From positions 53,630,001-53,694,000 of the forward strand of contig OX597830.1 in assembly GCA_951406725.2 (NCBI GenBank): a DNA stretch of 64,000 nt, written 5' to 3'. Each line of letters starts with the position of its first letter. The first letter of the stretch is position 1. Position numbers and translations under genes: made by a program. The stretch comes from Octopus vulgaris (taxonomy: Eukaryota). Positions 16,335-27,640 of this stretch are shown here, piece by piece. A model generated the notes under the pieces. It saw nothing but the letters and a program-made list of their open reading frames with translations, made no database searches and was not told where the DNA came from.

Positions 16335-19300
16335 ATTTATAGCTACTATTTATAGATTCTAACAAAAAATTAATCAAAACAAATTTATTAAAAAAAAATT
16401 AATGAAAAAAAATTAATTAAAAAAATTAAAAAAATTAATTAGAAAAAAATTGAAAAAAAGATAAAAAAATAATTAAATAATTAATTAAAAAATAAATAAA
16501 TAAATAATAAAAAAATTAATTACTAAAAAAAATTAATTAAAAAATATTAATTAAAAAAAATTAATCAAAAAATTTTAATTAAAAGAATTATTTAAAAAAA
16601 ATTATGAAAAAAAGATTTTTAAAAATTAATTATTATAAATAATAAAAAAAAATAATTAAAATGAAAATTAATTCAAAAAAATTATGAAAAAAAATAATTA
16701 AAAATAATTATGGAAAAAAATTATTAAAAAAATTAATTACAAAAAAATTAATTTAAAAAAAAATATTAATTTTTTTCAATTAATTTTTTTTTATATTTTA
16801 ATTAATATTTTTAATAAAAACTTTTTAAATTTAAAAAAAACTAATTGAACTATTTTTTAAAATTATTTTTTAAAAATAATTTTTTAAAATAATTTTTTTC
16901 AATTAATTTTTAAAAAATTATTTTAATTCTTTTATTATTTTTTGAAATCTTTTTTAATAATTTTTTTAAATAATTCTTTTTAATTAATTTTTTTAATTAG
17001 TTTTTTTTAATTAATATTTTTTAATTAATTATTTTGTTAATTAATTTTTTAATTATTTTTTTTTAATAATTTTTTAAAATTAATTTTTTAATTTTTTTTT
17101 TCAATAATTTTATGTGAATTAATTTTTAAAAAAACATTTTGTAATTTTTTATTAATAATCCTTTTAAATTAATTTTTTTTAATTATTTTTCTTAATTCAT
17201 ATTTTTTAATTAATTTTTTTTTAATTTAAAAAAATTTTTTTAATTCTTTTTCTTTAATAATTTGTTTTAATTAATTTTTTGTTAATAAATTATTTTTTAA
17301 AATATTTTTAATAAATTTTTTTTAAACAATTTTGTTTGTTGTTTTTAATTAATATTTTTGTAATTAAATATTTTAATTAATATTTTTCTTTCGTAATTAA
17401 TTTTTTAAAATAATTTTCTTCATAAATTATTTTAAATTTTATTTTTTCATAATATTTTTTAATTAATTTTCTTTTTAATTATTTAAAAATTTTTTTTTTA
17501 TTAATATTTTAAAATCTTTTTTAATAATTTTTTAAAATAATTCTATTAATTAATTTTTTTTAATTAATATATTTTAATTAATTTTTTTGGTAATTAATTT
17601 TTTAATTATTCTTTTAATTATTTTTTTCAATAAGTTTTTAAAATAATATTTTTTAATTAATTTTCTTTTTAATTATTTAAAAAATTTTTTTTTATTAATA
17701 TTTTAAAATCTTTTTTAATAATTTTTAAAAATAATTCTATTAATTAATTTTTTTTAATTAATATATTTTAATTAATTTTTTTTGGTAATTAATTTTTTAA
17801 TTATTCTTTTAATTATTTTTTTCAATAAGTTTTTAAAATTAATTTTTTAATTAATCTTTTTTTTCAATAATTTTTTTTGAATTAATTTCTAAAAAAAATT
17901 TTTTATTATTTTATTTTATTAATTTTTTAAAAATAATCATTTTTAATTAATTATTTTTAAATTCATATTTTTTAATTAATTTTTTTTTCATTAATTTTTT
18001 TTAATAAATTTGTTTTAATTAATTTTTTGTTAAATAATTTTTTTAATTAATTTTTCAAAATAATTTTTTGTTAATTAATTTTTTTTTTTAATCAATATTT
18101 TTGATAAATTTTTTTTAAACAATTTTTTTTTGTTTTTTTAAAATTTTTTTGTAATTAATTTTTTTTAATTAATATTTTTCTTACGTAATTAATTTTTTAA
18201 AATAATTTTTTTTCATAATTTTTTTTAATTATTCTTTTTCATAATTTTTTTTCAATTAATTTTCTTTTTAATTATTTTCTTTTTTTTTTTAAATTAATTT
18301 TTTTTAATAATTTTAAAATAATACTTTTAATTAATTTTTTTTAATTAACATATTTAATTAATTTTTTTGGTAATTAATTTTTTTAATTATTTTTTAAAAT
18401 TAATTTTTTAATTATTTGTTTTTTAAATAATCTTTTTTTCAATAAGTTTTTATAATTAATTTTTTAATTAATCTTTTTAAAAATCCTTTTTTAATTTTTT
18501 TTTATTTTTTAAATTCATATTTTTTAATTAATTTTTTTTGTTAATTAATTTTTTTTAATTAATTTTTTTTCAATAATATTTTTATAGATTCTATTTATAG
18601 ATTCTATTTATAGATGCTATTTATAGATTCTATTTATAGATTCTATTTATAGATTCTATTTTGATAAATTTATTTATAGATTCTATTTATAGATTCTATT
18701 TATAGATGCTATTTATAGAATCTATTTATAGATTCTACTTATAGATTCTATTTATAGATTCTATTTTAATAAATTTATTTATAGATTCTATTTATAGATT
18801 CTATTTATAGATGCTATTTAGAGATTCTATTTATAGATTCTATTTATAGATTCTATTTATAGATTTTATTTATAGATTCTATTTATATATTCTATTTATA
18901 GATTCTATATATAGATTCTATTTATTTATTTATTTATTTATTAATAGATTCAATTTATAGATTCTATTTATAGATTCTATTTATAGATTCTATTTATAGA
19001 TGCTATTTATAGATGCTATTTAGAGATTCTATTTATAGATTCTATTTATAGATTCTATTTATAGATTTTATTTATAGATTCTATTTATATATTCTATTTA
19101 TAGATTCTATATATAGATTCTATTTATTTATTTATTTATTTATTAATAGATTCAATTTATAGATTCTATTTATAGATTCTATTTATAGATTCTATTTATA
19201 GATTCTATTTATTTATTTATTTATTTTTTTATAGATTCTATTTATAGATTCTATTTATAGATTCTATTTATAGATTCTATTTATAGATTCTATTTATAGA

Positions 19301-20071
19301 TACTATTTATTTATGTATTTATTTATTTATTTATTTATAGATTCTATTTATAGATTCTATTTATTGATTCTATTTATTTATTTATTTATTTATAGATTCT
19401 ATTTATAGATTCTATTTATAGATTCTATTTAGAGATTCTATTTATAGATTCTATTTATAGATTCTAAAAATAGAATATATAAATAAATAAATAAATGAAT
19501 AAATAAATAAATAAATAGAATCTATTAATAGAATCTATAAATAGAAGCTATAAATAGAATCTATAAATAGAATGTATAAAAAAATAAATAAATAAATAAA
19601 TAAATAAATAAAGAGAAGCTTATAAATAGAATCTATAAATAGAAGCTATAAATAAATAAATAAATACATAGAATCTATAAATAGAATCTCTAAATAGAAT
19701 CTATAAATAGAATCTATAAATAGAATCTATAAATAGAATCTATAAATAAATAAATAAATAAAAAAATAAAAAGAATCTATAACTAGAATCTATAAATAGA
19801 ATCTATAAATAGAATCTATAAATTAGAATCTATAAATAAATAAATAAATAAATAAATAGTGTCTATAAATAGAATCTATAAATAGAATCTATAAATAGAA
19901 TCTATAAATAGAATCTAAAAATAGAATCTATAAATAAGTAAATAAATAAATAAATAAATAGAATCTATAAATAGAATCTATAAACAGAATCTATAAATAG
20001 AATCTATAAACAGAATCTATAAATATTATCTATAAATAGAATCTATAAATAGAATCTATAAATGGGAGCTA

Positions 20072-20102
<31 letters not shown>

Positions 20103-22021
20103 ATAGAATCTATAAATAGAATCTATAAATAGAATCTATAAACAGAATCTATAAATATTATCTATAAATAGAATCTATAAATAGAATCTATAAATGGAAG
20201 CTATAAATAGAATCTATAAATAGAATCTATAAATAAATTTATTAAAATAGAATCTATAAATAGAGTCTATAAATAGAATCTATAAATAAATTTATTAAAA
20301 AAATTTATTGAAAAAAAATTAATTAAAAAAAATTAATTAACAAAAAAAAATTAATTAAAAAATATGAATTTAAAAAATAATAAAAAAAATTAATTAAAAA
20401 GGATTATTTTTAAAAAATTAATAAAATAAAATAAAAATTTTTTTTAAAATTAATTCAAAAAAAATATTGAAAAAAAGATTATTTCAAAAACAAATAATTA
20501 AAAAATTAATTTAAAAAAATAATTAAAAAAATAATTAAAAAAATTAATTACCAACAAAAATTAATTAAAAATATGTTAATTAAAAAAAATTAATAAAAAA
20601 TAATTAATTAAAAGAATTATTTTAAAATTATTAAAAAACGATTTTTAAAAATTAATTAAAAAAAATAATAAAAAAAATAATTAAAAAGAAAATTAATTGA
20701 AAAAAAATTATGATAAAAAAATAATTAAAAAAAAATTATGAAAAAAAATTATTAAAAAAAATTAATTACGAAAGAAAAATATTAATTAAAAAAAGTTAAT
20801 TACAAAATTTTGTTAATTAATTTTTAAAATTATTTTTTAAATTCATATTTTTGAGTTAATTTTTTTTTGTTAATTAATTTTTTTTAATTAATTTTTTTTT
20901 CATTAATTCTTTTTAAATAAATTTGTTTTAATTAATTTTTTGTTAATTAATTTTTTTAATAAATTTTTTTAATTAATTATTCTTTTTTATTTTTTTAAAT
21001 AATATTTTTAATAAACAATTTTTTTTTGTTTTTTTTAATTAATTTTTTGTAAGTAATTTTTTTTAATTAATATTTTTCTTTAGTAATTAATTTTTTTAAA
21101 TATTTTTTTCAATTAATTTTCTTTTTAATTATTTAAAAAAATTTTTTTAATTAATTTTTTAAAATCTTTTTTTAGTAATTTTTTTAAAAATAATTCTTTT
21201 TGATTAATTTATTTTAATTAATATTTTTTAATTAATTTGTTTTGGTAATTAATTTTTTCAATTATTTTTTTATTTAATTTTTTAATTATTTGTTTTTTAA
21301 ATAATCTTTTTATTCGATAATTTTTTTGAAATAAAAAAATAATTTCTAATTAATTTTTATTAAATAATCCTTATTAATTAATTTTTTAAAATTATTTTTT
21401 AATTCATATTTTTTTTGTTTATTAATTTTTTAAAATTAATTTTGTTTTAATTAATTTTTTGTTCATTAATTTTTTTAATTAATTTTTTTTAATAATTGTT
21501 TTTAATTAATTTATTTTATTAATTTTTCTTAATTAATTTTTGAATTAATTTTTTTAGTTATTGTTTTTAATTAATTTTTTTGAATAACTTTTTTTAATTT
21601 CTGAAAAAACATTTTTTTTTCAATTTACTTTCTCTTTAATTAATTAAAAAATTTCTTTTTAATTAAGTTTTGTAAATAACTTTTTTTAAATAGTAGTTTT
21701 TAATTAATTTATTTAATTTTTTTTTGATAAAATTTTTTAAATTAATTTTTTTAATTATTTGTATTTCAAATAATTTTTTTTCAATAATTTTTTTAAATAA
21801 TTTTTTTTTAAATGATTTTTAAGTAATTTTTTTAGTTTTTTTTAATTAGTTTATTTTAAAAATAATTTTTTAAAATTATTTATTTTAAATAATTTTTTAA
21901 ACTATTTTAACTATTTTAACTATTTTAACTATTTATTTTAATTAATTGTTTTTTGTAATTTATTTTTTGTTAATTTTTTTAAATAATTTTTCTTAATTAA
22001 TTTTTTTTATTAATTTGTTTG

Positions 22022-22384
22022 AATGACTCAAAGTTGTGGTCCGGTTGCCGGTCCGAGAGTTTCCAGAAAAGAAAGAAACTTAACATGATTATTAAATGCT
22101 TATAAAATGTTTAATTAGTTTTTTTAATTAGTTTTTTTTTAAATAATTTTTTAAATAATTTTTTTAACTATTTTTTTTAATTAATTGTTTTTTGTAATTT
22201 ATTTTTTGTTAATTTTTTTGTTAATTTTTTAAAAATTTTTTTTATTAATTTGTTTTAATTAGCCAAGGTTGTGGTCCACGGACCGGTGGCGGTCCGCGAG
22301 CCATCAGCTGCCTGTACGTGGCGAGTTTCCAGAAAAGAAAGAAACTTAACATGATTATAAAATGCTTATAAAATGCTTATAAAA

Positions 22385-22385
<1 letters not shown>
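22022..22385 (+). mobile_element. Duplicated GC-rich island resembling a hAT-type (Charlie-like) MITE subterminal sequence
   Basis: Two related copies (about 22025-22110 and 22261-22385) share GTTGTGGTCC...GGTCCG.GAG...GAGTTTCCAGAAAAGAAAGAAACTTAACATGATTAT. The GTGGTCCACGGACCGGTGGCGGTCCGCGAG motif resembles hAT MITE ends. No partner TIR is seen. Confidence 0.4.
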
Positions 22386-22415
<30 letters not shown>

Positions 22416-22636
22416 ATTTATAGCTACTATTTATAGATTCTAACAAAAAATTAATTTAAACAAATTTATTAAAAAAAAATTAATGAAAAAAAAAATTAAC
22501 ATAAAAATTAATTTTAAAATATTAAGTAAAAATATCAATTACCAAAAAATGAATTTAAAAATTATTTAAAAAATTAAATTTAAAAAATATCTTTTAAAAA
22601 AAAATATTTAAAAAAATTATTAAAACAAATTATTTA

Positions 22637-24540
22637 ACAAAATCAATTTAAAAAAATTAATTACAAAAAAGTAATTTTAAAAGAATTAATTTACAAAGAA
22701 ATTAATTAAAATTAATTATTTAAAAAAAATTAACGAAAAAAAAATTTATTAATAAAATGTTTAATTAAAAAATATTAATTAAAAAAAGTTGATTAAAAAA
22801 ATAATTAAAAAAGATTAATCGAAAAAGTTTAATTTTTAAAAAATAATTTTAAAAAAATTAATTAAAAAAATATTATTTAAAAAAAGAATTATTGAAAAAA
22901 AATTGAAAAAAATTAATCCAAAAATATTAATTAAAAAATTATTTTTAAAATATCAATTAACAAAAAATTAAAAAGAAAAATAATAAAAAAATATCAATTA
23001 AAAAAAAATCATTTAAAAATAATTAATGAAAAAAAATTAATAAAACAAAATGAGCATAAAAATTAATTTTTAAAAAAGTAATCAAAAAAAATCAATTGCA
23101 ACAAAAAATCAATTAAAAAAAATTAACTAAAAAATGTTTGAAAAAAAATTATTTAAAAAAAATTAATTCAAAAAAATTGATTAAAAAAATTAATTAAAAA
23201 AATAATTAAATAAAATTAGTTAAAAAAATTATGGAAAAAAAATTATTGAAAAAAAAATAATTAAAAAAAGTGTTATTAAAAAAATTAAGTTAAAAAATTA
23301 ATTACCAAAAAAATTTTTTTTAAAAATATTAATTAAAAAATTAATTTTAAAAAATTAACTAAAAAATGTTAATTAAAAAAAAATTTAATTCTAAAAAATT
23401 GATTAAAAAAAATTGATTTAAAAAAGTAATAAAAAAAAATTAATGGAAAGAAATTAATTATAAAAAAATTAATACAAAAAAGTATTTTAAGAAATATTTA
23501 AAAAAGTTATTTCAAAAATATTTCAAAATATTTTTTAAAAATATTAAAACAAATATTAAAATATAATATTAAAAAAATTATTACAAAAAAATTATCTAAC
23601 AAAATCAATTTAAAAAAATTAATTACAAAAAAGTAATTTTAAAAGAATTAATTTACAAAGAAATTAATTAAAATTAATTATTTAAAAAAATTAACGAAAA
23701 AAAAATTTATTAATAAAAAAGTTTAATTAAAAAATATTAATTAAAAAAATTGATTAAAAAAATAATTAAAAAAAATTAATCGAAAAAGTTTAATTCTAAA
23801 AAAATAATTTGAAAAAAAAATTAATTAAAAAAATATTATTTAAAAAAATAATTATTTAAAAAAAATTATTTGAAAAAAATTAATCCAAAAATATTAATTA
23901 AAAAATTATTTTTAAAATATCAATTAACAAAAAATTAAAAGAAAAATAATAAAAAAATATTAATTAAAAAAAAATTATTTAAAAAATTAATGAAAAAAAA
24001 TTAATAAAATAAAATGAGCATAAAAATCAATTTTTAAAAAAGTAATCAAAAAAATCCATTATAACACAATATCAATTAAAAAAAAATTAACTAAAAAAAT
24101 GTTTGAAAAAAATTATTTAAAAAAAATTAATTAAAAAAAATTGATTAAAAAAATTAATTAAAAAAATAATTAAATAAAATTAGTTAAAAAAAATTATGGA
24201 AAAAAAATTATTGAAAAAAAAATAATTAAAAGTGTTATTAAAAAAATTAAGTTAAAAAATTAATTACCAAAAAAATCTTATTTAAAAATATTAATTAAAA
24301 AATTAATTTTAAAAAATGTTAATTAAAAAAAATTTAATTCTAAAAAATTGATTAAAAAAAATTGATTTAAAAAATTAATAAAAAAAAATTAATGGAAAGA
24401 AATTAATTATAAAAAAATTAATACAAAAAAGTATTTTAAGAAATATTTAAAAAAATTATTTCAAAAATATTTCAAAATATTTTTAAAAATATTAAAACAA
24501 ATATTAAAATATAATATTAAAAAAATTATTACAAAAAAAT
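22637..24540 (+). repeat. About 960-bp tandem duplication within the terminal A-rich block
   Basis: ACAAAATCAATTTAAAAAAATTAATTACAAAAAAGTAATTTT occurs at about 22638 and 23599. ATGAGCATAAAA occurs at about 23050 and 24014. Confidence 0.85.
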
Positions 24541-24701
24541 ATTTTAAAAAAATATTACAAAAAAATAGTACAAAAAAACATGACAAAAATATATTACAAA
24601 AAATATTACAAAAATATATAAAAAATATTACATAAAATATTAAAAAAAGAATATTAAAAACAAATAGTAAAAAAAATTATTAAAAAACAATATTTAAAAA
24701 A

Positions 24702-25130
24702 TGTGCATGTAGGTATGTGCATGTATGTGTATGTATGTTTGTGAATGTTTGTTTTGTGCATGTCTGTATATATGTGCATGTCTGTCTGTATGTATGTGTA
24801 TGTATGTGCATGTATGTATGTGCATGTTTGTATATGTCAGTATGTATGTATGTATATGATTGTATGTATGAGTATGCATGTGCATGTATGTATGTGTATG
24901 TGCATGTATGTATGTGCATGTCTGTATGTATGCATGTGTATGTATGTACGTGTGTGTATGTATGTACGTTTGTGTAGAATGTATGTGTGTGTATGTATGT
25001 TTGTGTATGTATGTTTGTGTATGTATATATGTCTGTATGTATGTATGTCTGTGTCTGTATGTGTATCTCTATGTGTGTGTATCACTATGTATCACTGACA
25101 CACAAACATACACACACACACACAGATATA
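24702..25130. repeat. Compound (TGTA/TGCA/TG)n microsatellite
   Basis: Seen directly; source of the spurious MCVY/HTYI ORFs. Confidence 0.95.
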
Positions 25131-25172
25131 TATATAGTCTAATCTGGCAATGTTTCTACAGCTGGATGCCCT

Positions 25173-25325
25173 GGTTGGCGTTAGGAAGGGCATCCATCTG
25201 TAGAAACATTGCCAGATTAGACTGGAGCCTGGTGCAGCCTTCTGGCTTCCCAGAACCCCGGTCGAACCGTCCAACCCATGCTAGCATGGAGAACGGACGT
25301 TAAACGACGATGATGATGATGATGA

Positions 25326-25328
<3 letters not shown>
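25173..25328 (+). mobile_element. RTE-related 3'-end repeat (SINE or truncated LINE 3' UTR) with (GAT)n tail
   Basis: GGTTGGCGTTAGGAAGGGCATCCA..TGTAGAAAC...CCAACCCATGCTAGCATGGA..CGGACGTTAAACGA(TGA)n; several other copies in the window. Confidence 0.8.
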
Positions 25329-25371
<43 letters not shown>

Positions 25372-25372
<1 letters not shown>

Positions 25373-25515
25373 TACGACAGGCTTCTTTCAGTTTCCGTCT
25401 ACCAAATCCACTCACGAGGCTTTGGTCGGCCTGAGGCTATAGTAGAAGGCACTTGCCCAAGGTGCCACGCAGTGCGACTGAACCCGTAACCATGTGGTTC
25501 GCAATGAAGCTACTT
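25372..25515 (-). mobile_element. tRNA-derived CORE-type SINE, 5' part
   Basis: Reverse complement of the head of the 32789-33198 element. Confidence 0.8.
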
Positions 25516-25649
25516 ATATTTATATATATAGATATAAATATAAAGTACTAATAGAAGGAGGTATATAAAAACCAGAATAGAAAATACATGTCTTAGGCAT
25601 AAAATATGAGAAAAGAGGAGATATTAAGGTGTTATATTCTTGAAACCTA

Positions 25650-26770
25650 CTATGTGTGTGTATGTGTGTGTGTGTGCATGTATGTATGTGTGTGCATGCA
25701 TGTGTATGTGCATGTATGTATGTGTATGTCTGTATGTATGTGTATGTATATGCATGTCTGTACATATGTAATGTATGTATGTGTATGTGCATGTATGTAT
25801 GTGCATGTCTGAATGTGTATGTCTGTATGTATGTATGTTTATGTATCTGTATGTATTTGTATGTAAGTATGTGCATGTATGTATGTGTATGTATGTAAGT
25901 ATGTGCCTGTATGTGTATGTATGCATATGTGTGTATTTACGTATGTGCATGTATGCATGTAAGTATGTGTATGTGTGTATGTATGTTTGTATGTATGTAT
26001 ATGTCTGTATATATGTATTTGTACATATGTATGTATGTCTATGTATGTGCATGTATGTGTATGTGTATGTATGCATGTGTATGTATGTATGTATGTGTTT
26101 GTGCATGTATGTGCATGTCTGTATGTATGTGTATGTATGTGCATGTATGTATATGTATATATGTGTATGTGTATGTATGTATGTGTATGTGTATGTATGC
26201 ATTATTTGTATGTGTTTGTGTATGTATGTATGTGTGTGTATGTTTGTGTGTGTATGTTTGTGTGTGTATGTTTGTGTGTGTAAGTATGTGTGTATGTATG
26301 TGTGTGTATGTATGTATGTTTGTGTATGCATGTTTGTGTATGTATGTATGTATGTGTATGTATATGTGTGTATGTATGTAAGTATATGTATGTAAGTGTA
26401 TGTGTGTGTATGTATATGCATGTGTGTATGAATATGTATGTTTGTATATGTATATATGTGTATGCATATATGTACAATCTCATGTACACATATGCAGCAG
26501 CGTTTTAGGCTACGAAAATATGAAATAGGATTACATCGAAGATGAATTTGTTTTGCGAACAACGAAAGCAACAGGTGTAAAAACAAGACAGGCAACATAA
26601 AACCATGTGTGTGTGTGTATGTGTGTGTTTTTATGTATGTGTATGTATATATGTATGTGTATGCATGTATATGTGTTGGTGTGTGTGTATGTGTATTGGT
26701 GTATGTATGTGGATGTATGTATGTATGTATGTGTATATGTATGCATGCATGTGTATATATGTGTATATAA
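25650..26770. repeat. Long compound (TGTA/TG/TGCA)n microsatellite with a short unique spacer (about 26490-26605)
   Basis: Seen directly. Confidence 0.95.
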
Positions 26771-27640
26771 TGTAGAGAAAAAAGATTTGAACACATGGAG
26801 GAAAGCACCTTCGAAAAGTGTCTTGGTGTAACTATGAAAGATATCTAATCAGAGGCGGTAAATTCGCCACAATAGAAGCAAGGTTTGAGTCAACGGAGCG
26901 TGCAAGGGAGTACTTGACTCGAACTTGCAAAGTGGAAATATTTTATTTTTACCTTTATATCTGGGACGTAGGACGTCCCGGAAAAAATTTAAAATGCCCC
27001 CCCCCCACTTCCGAAGTAGAGGTAGGCTGGATTGTAGCCACACTTCTATACAAGAGGGAGGACAAGATAAAATTGATCGAAATTACAAGAGACGGGCTAA
27101 CATATCCTGTCTGTTATATATTTTGAGTATTGTTATCACTAGCGATATCAAGATATAACCTTGTATTTTGTATTTTATGTGTAGATGTATATATATATAG
27201 ATGTACATGTAATATGTACACATATATATACACATATATACATGCACTAGCACTATGACCCAGCAACAACGGGTCTTTAATGCTAGTATATATATATATA
27301 TATAAATGTAATTTTTTGGACTAATGGGTATATATCAATTAGTGTGGTGATGTGGTGAGTAAAGCACTTGCGCAGTTTGGGCTACCTGGTGTCATCTGCA
27401 ATACAGTACAATGCACAGCATCTCATCCATAAGGGACAGTTGGTGGATGGGTTTGAAATGATTGTCGTACACAATAAAGACAAATACCAAATCCATATTC
27501 TGTTTCCTTAATTGATTATATATACATACATACGTACATATATACATACGCATGTACGTACATACATATATACATACATGCATGCATGCATCCATCCATC
27601 CATCAATCCATCCATCCATCCATCCATCCATACATACATA

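Larger units (their letters stand above)
1..24700. repeat. AT-rich complex satellite domain: 13-bp monomer AAATAGAATCTAT with (AAAT)n spacers, alternating with A-tract/TTAATTAA low-complexity blocks
   Basis: Hundreds of tandem AAATAGAATCTAT or ATAGATTCTATTT copies. Intervening blocks are AAAAAATTAATT-type repeats in A-rich or T-rich orientation with almost no G/C. The orientation flips repeatedly. Confidence 0.95.

Noticed and set aside
1-22000. CRISPR-like or telomeric array
   Set aside because: There are no unique spacers or cas genes, and no TTAGGG-type G-rich strand. The context is eukaryotic satellite.
24680-26831. Long His/Thr/Tyr- or Cys/Val/Met-rich ORFs
   Set aside because: Translations of (TGTA/TG)n microsatellite, open in several frames on both strands.
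26818-27158. 102-aa and 77-aa ORFs in a unique-looking stretch
   Set aside because: No recognisable motif; probably internal sequence of a repeat.
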